IMG/VR virus record: IMGVR_UViG_3300045988_074874
Direction: 5' to 3' (one strand)
From: a virus
DNA length: 64,000 nt
Each line of letters opens with the position of its first letter. The stretch's first letter is position 1. Both the position numbers and the translations under genes were made by a program. Below are positions 35,751 through 45,258 of the stretch, piece after piece. Below the pieces are notes generated by a model. The model worked only from the letters and a program-made list of their open reading frames with translations, was not told the DNA's origin and did no database searches.

Positions 35751-36149
35751 ATGTCGATTATATTTGTAAAACCAATGGGTGCTCCCGAAAACCAAAAACA
35801 GGGTTTTTCGCCTTCTGGATTTTCATGGGGGCTTCAAGACATATCAGCCCCAAAGTCTGGAAGATCTGATGATACAGACATGCACAAAAACAGAATTGGA
35901 CAAGCCCGAAAAATTGGTTTGTCTTGGAATGGGCCGGATAAAGATGAAACAAGTCGCATATTAAAAGCATTTAATCCTGAATATGTGGATATGTATTACG
36001 AAGACGATATGGACAATAAGTGGGAATGGCGAACATTTTACGTTGGAGATAGAAGTGCGATGCGTAAATGTTGGTGGATTGGAAATAAAAGGCATGAAAC
36101 GGTGTCTTTTGATATTATCGAAAAACATGGAAGGAAAGGCGCGTTTTGA
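35751..36149 (+). CDS. hypothetical tail protein (small, Dit position)
   Basis: ORF coupled to the large fibre gene. Confidence 0.4.
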   Translation: MSIIFVKPMGAPENQKQGFSPSGFSWGLQDISAPKSGRSDDTDMHKNRIGQARKIGLSWNGPDKDETSRILKAFNPEYVDMYYEDDMDNKWEWRTFYVGDRSAMRKCWWIGNKRHETVSFDIIEKHGRKGAF

Positions 36150-39100
36150 GAAATTTATCATCTAACTGGAAAGAAAAAGTTAAGAACGGAATGGACGTGC
36201 AGTACCTCAAGTATGCAGATATCACACTTACAGACGGAACTGTACTCAATCTGACCAGTGCCGATCTGTGGCAAAACGGATTAAGCTTTGAAGATTCAGT
36301 GTCTAGTGATAGTACTTTTGATATCGGTTCTGCAATCGTTAATGTGTTGGATTTAAGTATTAATAACTTTAATGGCGAATACTCTGGTTATGATTTTGAA
36401 GGCGCAGAAGTAGTTACATATGTTGGATTGGAACTGGACAATGAAACTACTGAGAAAATCCGCATTTGTACAATGACAGTTGTTGAACAGCCGGAAGATG
36501 AAACAGTAACCATCGACCTGACGTGCGAAGATAACATGCGGAAATTTGATCGTAATTATTCTGACAGTAAGCTGAAATATCCGGCAACCAGAGGGCAAAT
36601 TATCAGGGATGCCTGCGAAGTATGTGGAGTAACCTTACAGACAACGTCTTTTGACAGAGATGATTATATTGTACAGATACGTCCTGACAATGAGGCTTTG
36701 ACGTTCCGACAGGTATTACAATGGGTAGCTCAGATCGGATGCCAGTGGTTAAGATGTGATGAATATGGCAGACTTTGCGTAAAGTGGTACGATACAGAAA
36801 AAACAGATGCACAGGAAATTGATACGACTTATAGTTTTACGCCACAACACACAGATGTTGTAATTACAGGTATTCAAGTAACTGAATACAGTGATTCTTC
36901 AAATGAAGAACCAGAAAGCTATATGGTTGGTACGCAGGGATATGTACTGGCCATTTCTGATAACAAATTAATCAGAAAAGGCGATGGACAAACGATTGCT
37001 TCGATGATTGCCGAGAAATGCGTTGGAATGATATTTAGACCATTTGAATCTCAATGTCCTACAGATGTAGCCTTGGAAGCCGGAGATGCAATTACAATAG
37101 AAGATCGAAATGGAAATCTGTATAACACCTACCTCACGACTACCACTTTGCAACCGGGAGCTGGACAAAAGATTGCTTGCAATGCAAAAAGCGCAGCAAA
37201 AAACAGCACTGTGCGGTACGGACAACTTACTCAGGTGTATGTTGAAGCTCGAAAACTTGTCAAAAAAGAACAGACTGCAAGAGAACGTGCTATACAAAAT
37301 CTTGAAGAATCTCTGTCTATTGGAAGCGGACTGTTCGCAACTTACGTTCAGCAAGAAGACGGAAGTACAATTTCGTATTTCCATGACAAGGCAAAGCTCG
37401 AAGATTCTACGAATGTAATCAAGATCACGTCAGAAGCGGTAGGCGTGTCAAATGATGGTGGTAAAACATATCCGTTTGGTTTCCAATTAACCGGAACCAT
37501 GATAGCAAAATTGTTATACGCAGAGGGAATTAATGCGGATTTTATCAACGCCGGTGCGCTTACTATTAAGGACGGGAAAGGAAATATAATCTTTTCCGTC
37601 AACATGGACACAAATTCTGTGTACATCAACCCGGAATATCTGATGATTGGAGATGTAAGTCTGTCTGACAAAATCAAAGAATTGGATGCAAATGTTGCCG
37701 CAGCTAAGAACATGACCATGACACTTTCAAATGAGTATCAGGCGATTTCTACTGATGAGAACGGAAACATTCCCGGAGAGTTTCCACAGGTGCAGACCAC
37801 TGCACAGGTAATGTACGGAACGATGGACGTAACGGACGATTGCAGTTATACGATCACGGAATCTGAAAATGTGACCGGAATCTGGGATAAAACTACGCAC
37901 ACTTATACTGTTAGCGAAGTTACGGCAGACAATGTATGGGTTGACATCAAAGCAGTGTATCTGAATACCATCACCATAACCAAAAGATTCAGCGTATCTA
38001 AGCAGAAATCTGGTACTCCCGGAAGAACTTATGTGTTAGAATCATCTACTACAATTTTGAAGAAAGAAAGTGAAAACAGCATAACACCGAATGTTGTGAT
38101 ATTTAGCGCGTACTACCGTGATGGCAAGAACACAGGTAGAACAGATTATGCCGGAAGATTTGTTATTGAGGAAACGTCCGATGGAAAGACATGGAAGACA
38201 GCTTATTCGAGTGTAGCAGATGAGACCAGCGTTAACTACTATGCAGATTACGTTTTTGCGGATTCTGATGGAGTATTGGTTGCAGACAGCGACGGTTCAC
38301 TGATTGGTGTCCGTTCAAAAGATATCGTAGGATTACGGTGTAGCTTGTACGCATCGGGCGGAACCACGAATCTGATTGACACAGTCAAACTTGATGTTAT
38401 CACAGAAGTCACGGCTCTGACACAGGAAGATATTTTGAAGCTCCTGACCAATGATGGAGAATGGAAAGGTATTTACAGGGGCGCGGATGGGGAACTGTAC
38501 ATTTCATTCAGTGCCGCAATGGGCGGTTTGCTGAAGCTGGGAGGCAAAAACAATGGAAATGGTGTTCTGAAAGTGTTTGATGAATCTGGAAGATTAATTA
38601 ATATTTTGGAAAATAGAGGATTTATGTATGGCTATGACCTAAATGATAAAAACTTGGAATTTACACAAGTCAATCAGAACGGTTGTCAACTATATATATG
38701 GGATGAAAAAAATAAAGAAATCATCAGACAATTAGATGTTGGAATAAATTGGCGTAAAAGCAGCGACGGCAATAAATATGTTGTTGAAATCAATGCTGAT
38801 AAAGAATTTACAATAATCCTAAATGATGGTATTGATTCGGATACGAATCCGTATAGTCCATTTTCTTGTGATTACAATTACAGCACAATTTACAACAAAT
38901 TCAGATGTTATAAGGGAGAGGTAACACTTGACAGCCTTACATCGAAAGCCACAAAGCTCCTAAACGTCAAGCAGAATACGAATGCTTACAATCTGTTGCT
39001 TATGACAGATGGAACTGTAACCAGAGCAGCGTCTTCGTCCAAACGCTATAAGGATATTGGAGACGCCATTTCGGAAATGGATATTGATAATTGGTACAAA

Positions 39101-39373
39101 ATAGAACCAGTCTGGGCGAAATACAAAGACGGTTATCTTGCAGAAGGCGACGAAAACGAAGGACGCTATCTGCCTATGTTCATTGCGGAGGATGTAGAAG
39201 AACATTTTCCACAGGCAGCTACACATGTGAACAATCAGATAGAAGACTGGAACTATCGTATGATGATCCCGGCAATGTTCGCAATGATTAAACAGCAAAA
39301 ATCCGAAATAGACAACCTAAAAGAGGATATCAAAGAACTGAGAAAAATTATAAAAGAAATGAGAGGTGAATAA
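36146..39373 (+). CDS. Tal-like tail tip / fibre protein with C-terminal intramolecular chaperone (peptidase S74-like) domain
   Basis: N-terminal region resembles phage minor structural protein N-terminal (Tal) domain; C-terminus ...MMIPAMFAMIKQQKSEIDNLKEDIKELRKIIKEM matches the S74 chaperone pattern. Confidence 0.55.
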   Translation: MRNLSSNWKEKVKNGMDVQYLKYADITLTDGTVLNLTSADLWQNGLSFEDSVSSDSTFDIGSAIVNVLDLSINNFNGEYSGYDFEGAEVVTYVGLELDNETTEKIRICTMTVVEQPEDETVTIDLTCEDNMRKFDRNYSDSKLKYPATRGQIIRDACEVCGVTLQTTSFDRDDYIVQIRPDNEALTFRQVLQWVAQIGCQWLRCDEYGRLCVKWYDTEKTDAQEIDTTYSFTPQHTDVVITGIQVTEYSDSSNEEPESYMVGTQGYVLAISDNKLIRKGDGQTIASMIAEKCVGMIFRPFESQCPTDVALEAGDAITIEDRNGNLYNTYLTTTTLQPGAGQKIACNAKSAAKNSTVRYGQLTQVYVEARKLVKKEQTARERAIQNLEESLSIGSGLFATYVQQEDGSTISYFHDKAKLEDSTNVIKITSEAVGVSNDGGKTYPFGFQLTGTMIAKLLYAEGINADFINAGALTIKDGKGNIIFSVNMDTNSVYINPEYLMIGDVSLSDKIKELDANVAAAKNMTMTLSNEYQAISTDENGNIPGEFPQVQTTAQVMYGTMDVTDDCSYTITESENVTGIWDKTTHTYTVSEVTADNVWVDIKAVYLNTITITKRFSVSKQKSGTPGRTYVLESSTTILKKESENSITPNVVIFSAYYRDGKNTGRTDYAGRFVIEETSDGKTWKTAYSSVADETSVNYYADYVFADSDGVLVADSDGSLIGVRSKDIVGLRCSLYASGGTTNLIDTVKLDVITEVTALTQEDILKLLTNDGEWKGIYRGADGELYISFSAAMGGLLKLGGKNNGNGVLKVFDESGRLINILENRGFMYGYDLNDKNLEFTQVNQNGCQLYIWDEKNKEIIRQLDVGINWRKSSDGNKYVVEINADKEFTIILNDGIDSDTNPYSPFSCDYNYSTIYNKFRCYKGEVTLDSLTSKATKLLNVKQNTNAYNLLLMTDGTVTRAASSSKRYKDIGDAISEMDIDNWYKIEPVWAKYKDGYLAEGDENEGRYLPMFIAEDVEEHFPQAATHVNNQIEDWNYRMMIPAMFAMIKQQKSEIDNLKEDIKELRKIIKEMRGE

Positions 39374-39374
39374 T

Positions 39375-39785
39375 ATGGCAGATGCATTAAATGTAAAGAA
39401 AATCAGCGCATTCGCAGACAACACAACACCGGCAGATACAGATTGTTTCTTGACAGCTACGGGAAATGTGGCAAAGAAAACAACCGTGGCGCAGGCAAAA
39501 GAGCTTTTCGGTGTATCTTCTGGATTGAAATTATTGGCAGCCACAACGGTTAAATTCAAAGTTGCATCTACTGCGAGCGGAGCGTCTACAGGCACCATAA
39601 CTACGGCATTTAATGTTGCTGATGGAGCAACTGTATTCGTTCCGGTGTATCTGGCAAGTGGATGGCTTACACCTGCAAGCTGTTCGGCTGTTGCTGGCAA
39701 ACTCAATGTAAGTTTCATCAATGCCACAACCGCAGTACATAGTACCGATGTAACATTTCTTGTTTTACAATTTGCTGAATTTTAG
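39375..39785 (+). CDS. small Ala/Thr-rich structural protein
   Basis: RBS GAGAGGTGAATAAT; beta-rich composition. Confidence 0.4.
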   Translation: MADALNVKKISAFADNTTPADTDCFLTATGNVAKKTTVAQAKELFGVSSGLKLLAATTVKFKVASTASGASTGTITTAFNVADGATVFVPVYLASGWLTPASCSAVAGKLNVSFINATTAVHSTDVTFLVLQFAEF

Positions 39786-39802
39786 AAAGAGAGGACAAAA
39801 GA

Positions 39803-41470
39803 ATGCTCAAAGAAAATATCACAGTACTCAGAAAAATCCTGTATGCGGTTGAAACTGGTGGACAGGTATATGGAAAACAACGTTACAATGCGTTCATTGG
39901 CGCCGGCGCAAACACTCCGAATGAAAAAGCAATCACTATCGGAGCTGGTCAGTGGTATGCAGGCGAAGCCAAACGGCTCTTACAGAAAATACAGAGAGGA
40001 AATCCGGCACTATTCAAAAAAATGGACACTCAGGGGCTTGAATCCGACCTGTTGAAAAAGAACTGGTCTACCTATGCGATTTCCCCGTCATCCGCAAAAG
40101 CAAAATGTATCATTTCTATCATCAGTTCCAATCTCGGTATCAAGTGTCAGGATGAGCTGATGGAAGAACAGATCACCGAGTATTCTGAAAGTATCGCGAA
40201 GAAATACGGAACCATGCCGGACGATGCCATGATGGAATGTATCAACATTATTCATCAGGGCGGCGCATCTGCATTACAGAGGATACTGAGTAAGGCTAAA
40301 AAGCCTTATACTTCAGAAACCATCTATGCAGCATTATGCACAGACCCAGCAGACCCGAGATCGAATCAGGTTGGTGACTACACAACAAGACAGAAGAAGG
40401 TCATCGAGATGATTCGGGTATATGCAAAAAAGGAGGCAACGACAGTGGCAAAAACAAAATTACAAAAATTCACAGAACTCGGTGATTATTACGCAAACAA
40501 TGGCGGCAATAAACCGTATCTGGAAAAACGCACAAACGCTTATCTTGATGATTTCCAGAAAAATGCCGGATATAACAATTACACCAAATTTGCCCGTGAT
40601 GTAGATAATTGGGGACAGCCGGGATGTCAGGGACAGCCATGGTGCGCAGAGTTCCAGTTCTGGAAATTAGTCAAAATTCTCGGCATTACAAAAGCGTTGC
40701 AGATTATGGGCGGCGGTTTCTATAATTGTCAGAGCATTACACAGTGGGCGAAGAAAAATGGTACATGGCACAGCACGCCAAAAGATGGAGCACTTGTTAT
40801 CTTCCGTGATGGCTCTCACATCGGATCTGTCCGCTCTTATAGCAATACGTACATCTACACCAACGAAGGAAACACTTCAAGTGCAGCAGGAGTCATTGCA
40901 AACGGCGGATCCTGCCGAAATAAACGCTATCTTCGCAGTGATCCGGTAATCGACGGCTATATCTGGATTACATGGGGAGATGAGAAAACTTCTACAGAGA
41001 CATGGAAAGCAACCGGCACGGTTACATCTACAGTTGATGCCCTGTACATCCGCGAGGAACCGAATGGTTATGTCCTCGGACAGATCAACAAGGGAAATCG
41101 CGTAGAAATTAACGGTGAGAAATCCGGTATGTGGACGAAAGTCAAAGTTGTTGGAATCGGCATTGGATGGGCGGCAACTAAGTATTTGCAAGTTGACGGA
41201 GCTGAAAACAAACCGACTACAATCACCAACAAGCAGAACAAGACGCAGCGTCTCTTTGTCGGAAAAGTATCTGCGGCATCTACGGTTGTACGCACGTGGG
41301 CCGGTGGCAACTATCCGTCTATTAAGAAATGGCCTAAGCTTGTGAGAGGCAACCTTGTTGACGTGATGAATTTCACTCAGAAAGCAACAAACGGTGCTTC
41401 ATGGCACTATGTCCGCATTGCAGGCAAGTACTACGGATTTGTGGCTGCAAAAGATATTTGCAAAGTGTAA
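39803..41470 (+). CDS. endolysin: N-terminal catalytic domain, CHAP-like Cys peptidase region, two C-terminal SH3b domains
   Basis: PGCQGQPWCAEFQFW (CHAP Cys motif), ...HIGSV... His, and two SH3_3/SH3b-like repeats (YIREEPNGYVLGQINKGNRVE...; VRTWAGGNYPSIKKWP...). Confidence 0.6.
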   Translation: MLKENITVLRKILYAVETGGQVYGKQRYNAFIGAGANTPNEKAITIGAGQWYAGEAKRLLQKIQRGNPALFKKMDTQGLESDLLKKNWSTYAISPSSAKAKCIISIISSNLGIKCQDELMEEQITEYSESIAKKYGTMPDDAMMECINIIHQGGASALQRILSKAKKPYTSETIYAALCTDPADPRSNQVGDYTTRQKKVIEMIRVYAKKEATTVAKTKLQKFTELGDYYANNGGNKPYLEKRTNAYLDDFQKNAGYNNYTKFARDVDNWGQPGCQGQPWCAEFQFWKLVKILGITKALQIMGGGFYNCQSITQWAKKNGTWHSTPKDGALVIFRDGSHIGSVRSYSNTYIYTNEGNTSSAAGVIANGGSCRNKRYLRSDPVIDGYIWITWGDEKTSTETWKATGTVTSTVDALYIREEPNGYVLGQINKGNRVEINGEKSGMWTKVKVVGIGIGWAATKYLQVDGAENKPTTITNKQNKTQRLFVGKVSAASTVVRTWAGGNYPSIKKWPKLVRGNLVDVMNFTQKATNGASWHYVRIAGKYYGFVAAKDICKV

Positions 41471-41537
41471 CAAGTGTGATATAATAAATATACCATAATT
41501 CAACTCCTCCCCAGAGTTTAAGCATGGACTCAAAAAA

Positions 41538-41580
41538 AGAGATGGTCTGTTTCTTCCTTGACAGACCATCTCTTTTGCTT
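41538..41580. terminator. bidirectional rho-independent terminator between endolysin and the minus-strand island
   Basis: AGAGATGGTCTG-N12-CAGACCATCTCT flanked by an A-run upstream and TTTTGCTT downstream. Confidence 0.6.
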
Positions 41581-42287
41581 CACTTAATAATGTATTCCCA
41601 ATATTGATTTTTAATATCCGCATATCCGTTCTTACGAATCAACACTTTATCCCCGGAAAACATCGTAAAATCAGAATCCAGCTTTTGCACATAATCCATG
41701 TTTACAACAAATGACTTATGGCAACGCAAAAACCGTTTATCAAGGTAAGGCTCAACCGACTTTAAAGTTGCATACATACTGTGCATAATCCCGTTCGTGC
41801 AATGAACAAAAACTTGCTTATCCCGTGCTTCGAGGTACTCGATTTTGTTCAATGGAATCCTTATAATGCAATCTCTGTGTCTGATTGTGAGCATCTTGTG
41901 TTTCATATCACTCAAGGTATTGTCAATCATAGAAAACATTCTTCCGTGTTCATTTCCCTTGATGATATAATGCGTAAATTCAACATCCAACGCATCAAAA
42001 ACAAAATCCTTGTGAGCTGTCCAGAAAGCAATTTTGCCCTTATATCCACACTCTCGGAGTTCTTTGGCAATATCCACGCCATTTTCGTTTTTAAGTATTA
42101 CATCCAAGACAATCATATCAAACCATTTTCCGTCCTTAACATCATCTATCAAGGGTTCCCCACTGAAATAACCGTCTATCGTATAATTCCGGTCACCGTT
42201 TTGCTTCAAAAACGGTTCAATCCGATGCTTAAAATACTCAACCTGTAGTTCACAATCGTCACAAATAGCAATTTTCATAGTAATCAC
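41580..42287 (-). CDS. LytTR-family response regulator (REC + LytTR DNA-binding domain)
   Basis: N-terminal IAICDDCELQ...MIVLDVIL receiver with Asp, C-terminal LytTR-type domain; no cognate kinase in window. Confidence 0.75.
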   Translation of the reverse strand: MITMKIAICDDCELQVEYFKHRIEPFLKQNGDRNYTIDGYFSGEPLIDDVKDGKWFDMIVLDVILKNENGVDIAKELRECGYKGKIAFWTAHKDFVFDALDVEFTHYIIKGNEHGRMFSMIDNTLSDMKHKMLTIRHRDCIIRIPLNKIEYLEARDKQVFVHCTNGIMHSMYATLKSVEPYLDKRFLRCHKSFVVNMDYVQKLDSDFTMFSGDKVLIRKNGYADIKNQYWEYIIK

Positions 42288-42491
42288 CTTCCGTTTATCG
42301 CCTACGCTTCAACTTTCATCAGATTATCCTCATCTAATCAATTAATTATGGTAATATAGTAGCACTGAAACGGAAATGTGTAAATAGTTCAGCAGAAGTT
42401 CGAAAAAAATCGACATCTTAATACGTTGGTACAGCCTGCCAGATTACTCTGGGGAGGAGATGTGATCGTGAATGCAGGTTTTGCCATAAAA

Positions 42492-42525
42492 AGAGCCGGG
42501 GAGTAAAATCCTCGGCTCGTTGCTG
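42492..42525 (-). terminator. rho-independent terminator of the lipoprotein/Zn-ribbon operon
   Basis: GAGCCGGGGA-GTAAAA-TCCTCGGCTC, T-run on the minus strand. Confidence 0.45.
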
Positions 42526-42526
42526 T

Positions 42527-42676
42527 TTATCCTTTGAAAATACGACCGCAACTTTTACATTGGTATTTTGTGGAGAACAATCCTTTACTAACGATCTGAA
42601 CATTAGCACTACGACAAGTAAGAGCAGGGCATTTTATCTTTTGAGTCACTTTATCTATTTTCTTTCTTTTCCTCAT
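42527..42676 (-). CDS. Zn-ribbon protein (49 aa)
   Basis: MRKRKKIDKVTQKIKCPALTCRSANVQIVSKGLFSTKYQCKSCGRIFKG; ATGA overlap with the upstream lipoprotein stop; not in ORF track. Confidence 0.35.
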   Translation of the reverse strand: MRKRKKIDKVTQKIKCPALTCRSANVQIVSKGLFSTKYQCKSCGRIFKG

Positions 42677-43191
42677 TTAACATCCCTCACGTTTTCGATA
42701 TATTTTGGCATAAACCACGCTGAATTGTGACCGCTCCAATAGTCGATACCATAATCAATAATTTCCCCATAAAGTGTCAAGTAAGTCCCTGGAACATAGT
42801 CTGTATTTTTGAAATCATAATCATTGGAGTATAGAATACCCACGTCATTGCCGCTTCCGTAGCTGTCGGTATCTTTTGAATAAATGCCAACAAGACTGCA
42901 ATTACTGCTAAGATTATACTTTTCAGTCTTGTCGGAGATCATTAAATCATAAGGGTCTATTGTTGCAGTGCCTTCAACGTAAAGATCTATTTTGACAAAC
43001 TGACCTTCCAGACTTTTCTTTGAGAAAGTAATATCTTCATACCACATTTCGGTACATTTTTTCTTGTATTCTTCCTCTGATAAAGAATTCATGTCTGTTT
43101 CTTCTTGAGTCATTTCAGCGTCTGCATAGACTTCTATGGGGCAAGCGCATAAAATTCCTGACAGCATTGCAACTATAAGTTTTCTTCTCAT
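42673..43191 (-). CDS. secreted lipoprotein of unknown function
   Basis: Signal peptide MRRKLIVAMLSGILCAC with lipobox; Tyr/Asp-rich mature part. Confidence 0.5.
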   Translation of the reverse strand: MRRKLIVAMLSGILCACPIEVYADAEMTQEETDMNSLSEEEYKKKCTEMWYEDITFSKKSLEGQFVKIDLYVEGTATIDPYDLMISDKTEKYNLSSNCSLVGIYSKDTDSYGSGNDVGILYSNDYDFKNTDYVPGTYLTLYGEIIDYGIDYWSGHNSAWFMPKYIENVRDVK

Positions 43192-43377
43192 GGTGCATTC
43201 CTCCTTGGTAAAATTTGCATATATTATACCGCAAGAATCGACAATAGCATAGTCAAAACCGAAATATTTTTCATATTTTTATCCATTAAAAATGCAGTTT
43301 TATCGTTTTGCCCGATTAATTTGCACAAAAAGTGGTATAACTAAGTACATAAATTATAGACTAAAGAGGTATATATT

Positions 43378-43722
43378 ATGAGGAAGATTGAGAGATTGCT
43401 GATCACAGCAGGAGTAATCTTCTTTGCAAGCTACATCATTCACTTGCCGATGTGCAATCAAGATTATTTACGTAAAAGCTTCATCCGCTTGGCAGATGAT
43501 ATGTGCAAGCATTCAACTTTAAGCCAGAGCACAAAAGAGGTTCTAAGAACGAACGATATTGTAAAAAACACAGAAAATCCGGTAAATACGAACTTTATAT
43601 TTGCGAAAGTAAAGGTCATATTTGAAATCACAAATATTCCAGTTTATCGCTGGCAACTGGCGAGGGGGAATTTGAATGCATCCCGTTTTACTCCACTTTA
43701 TTGGACATATCATAAGGTATAA
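43378..43722 (+). CDS. membrane-anchored hypothetical protein
   Basis: N-terminal TM helix; RBS AAAGAGGT. Confidence 0.35.
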   Translation: MRKIERLLITAGVIFFASYIIHLPMCNQDYLRKSFIRLADDMCKHSTLSQSTKEVLRTNDIVKNTENPVNTNFIFAKVKVIFEITNIPVYRWQLARGNLNASRFTPLYWTYHKV

Positions 43723-43914
43723 TGAAAACATAAGTTCGAGACATATTTCCCACTGTCCAGACATATACTGTAGTAAAGTTTCGATTGGGAGGGTTATTTA
43801 TGGATTATAAGAAAGAGATTATAAAAATGATAGATGAAATTGAAAGTCAAAAGATTTTGCGTTATATATATCTTATACTACTCGACATTCCGAAACGATA
43901 TTGGAGGTGAAATA

Positions 43915-44214
43915 ATGCTTTTTAAAAGAAAGAAAAAAGCAAAGCCTTACCGCATAGATACATCGCAGAAAGGCTTTGAGTACGTTGGTATTAAATTGAC
44001 AGATCAACAGTTCCAAGACGTATGTGATTTGAATTTGTTGTGGTCGGATGAAAGAAAAGATATTCCTGCTTTTAATATGCTTGTCCTTATGAAAGTATTA
44101 GGATTACTGCCACCCGAAATGGTGTGCGATAGCAGAAGCAGCGACACCGATAATAATTCCAGTTCCGATATCTACGAGACGTTGGAACGTAAATTTGGTA
44201 AAGTTATAAGATAA
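43915..44214 (+). CDS. hypothetical protein (3' end overlaps convergent minus-strand gene)
   Basis: RBS GGAGGTGAAATA; overlaps 44104-44481(-) by 110 nt. Confidence 0.3.
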   Translation: MLFKRKKKAKPYRIDTSQKGFEYVGIKLTDQQFQDVCDLNLLWSDERKDIPAFNMLVLMKVLGLLPPEMVCDSRSSDTDNNSSSDIYETLERKFGKVIR

Positions 44215-44481
44215 TTTTATCGCAAATCGTTTGGTTTTTTCGGATTTTGATGGATATGCTTTATGATATTCGGCAATTCCTAAATCTGTGATGTGTATAT
44301 CGTAAGTAGAAGTCTGAATTGTATAATGCTTGGAATTTAATGAATCGAGTAATGGTATTAGTGAAAAATCATCACAGTCCAGTTTATATCTAACCGTTAC
44401 GAGCATAGCATTATGTTCTTCGTTCATACATTCAATAATTGCTTTTAATACAGCTGCTTCTGATAACATAACGCACCTCAC
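44104..44481 (-). CDS. hypothetical protein with C-terminal TM helix, coupled to repressor gene
   Basis: ATGA overlap with the XRE gene stop. Confidence 0.4.
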   Translation of the reverse strand: MRCVMLSEAAVLKAIIECMNEEHNAMLVTVRYKLDCDDFSLIPLLDSLNSKHYTIQTSTYDIHITDLGIAEYHKAYPSKSEKTKRFAIKLSYNFTKFTFQRLVDIGTGIIIGVAASAIAHHFGWQ

Positions 44482-44819
44482 TCACTTAAAAGATTAATCA
44501 ATTCTATAATGTGTTTCTTTTTGGCATCGGACAGTCCGAAGTATTTCTTTAATGCATCGGACAGTTCGGTGTCTTTTCTTATCTGTGCAATCAAATGTGC
44601 AGATTCATCGGAAAAATCTTGTTCCGGCTCTTTTCCTGTCATCAGATAATCTACAGATACGTGAAAGAAATCTGCGATTTTTCGCAAATTTTCAGCATTA
44701 GGAGTACTTTTATCCAGTTTGCTTGCGTATCCCTTTGCGAAACCACATTCAGTTTCTAACGCATTTAATGAAGTTTTCTGTTCTTTACAAAGTATTTTAA
44801 CTCTTTCTCGTAATGTCAT
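44478..44819 (-). CDS. XRE-family HTH transcriptional regulator (CI-like repressor candidate)
   Basis: HTH_3 pattern (TSLNALETECGFAKGYASKL); divergent from the Cro-like gene. Confidence 0.65.
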   Translation of the reverse strand: MTLRERVKILCKEQKTSLNALETECGFAKGYASKLDKSTPNAENLRKIADFFHVSVDYLMTGKEPEQDFSDESAHLIAQIRKDTELSDALKKYFGLSDAKKKHIIELINLLSE

Positions 44820-44862
44820 TTTTGTTTCCTTTCAATTCTGAAAAAAAACGCAAAAATAGTAC

Positions 44863-44890
44863 TTGACATTCTGAAAATATCGCTTATAAT
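44863..44890 (+). promoter_or_regulatory. consensus sigma70 promoter (TTGACA-16-TATAAT) reading rightward toward cro-like gene
   Basis: Exact hexamers; spacer contains operator half-site TTCTGAAAATA. Confidence 0.5.
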
Positions 44891-44977
44891 GTAACTATCA
44901 GTACTGAAAATAACGCAACAAAATAAGGACATAAAGAATGCCCAAGTTTATTTTTTATGATTTTGTGTGGTAGCTTG

Positions 44978-45006
44978 ATTATAGAATATATTCAGAAGTA
45001 TGTCAA
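44978..45006 (-). promoter_or_regulatory. consensus sigma70 promoter (TTGACA-17-TATAAT) on minus strand reading leftward toward repressor gene; face-to-face with the 44863 promoter
   Basis: TGTCAA at 45001-45006 and ATTATA at 44978-44983 on the + strand. Confidence 0.5.
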
Positions 45007-45050
45007 TAATGTTGTGATATTTTCAGTAAAAATATGAAAGGAGGTATCGA

Positions 45051-45242
45051 ATGATGATTTACGACAAGGTGAAAGCCTTGGCAAAAAAGCGAAATGTTTC
45101 CATTCGCAAAATCGAAATAGATTGCGGATTTTCGCAAGGTAGTGTTTGTAAATGGAATGAAGTTTCTCCATCTGCCGAAAAAGTGAAAAAGGTCGCTGAT
45201 TATTTAAAAACTTCGGTAGATGAAATTTTGAAATCCGATTAA
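45051..45242 (+). CDS. Cro-like XRE-family HTH protein
   Basis: 63 aa, HTH_3 pattern, RBS AAAGGAGGT. Confidence 0.6.
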   Translation: MMIYDKVKALAKKRNVSIRKIEIDCGFSQGSVCKWNEVSPSAEKVKKVADYLKTSVDEILKSD

Positions 45243-45258
45243 CAAGAAAAGGAGATAT

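Noticed and set aside
42418-42609. Table ORF on the minus strand (63 aa)
   Set aside because: A different frame at the same locus, 42527-42676(-), encodes a clean CxxC...CxxC Zn-ribbon with ATGA coupling to the lipoprotein gene and a terminator. The tabulated frame lacks these features.
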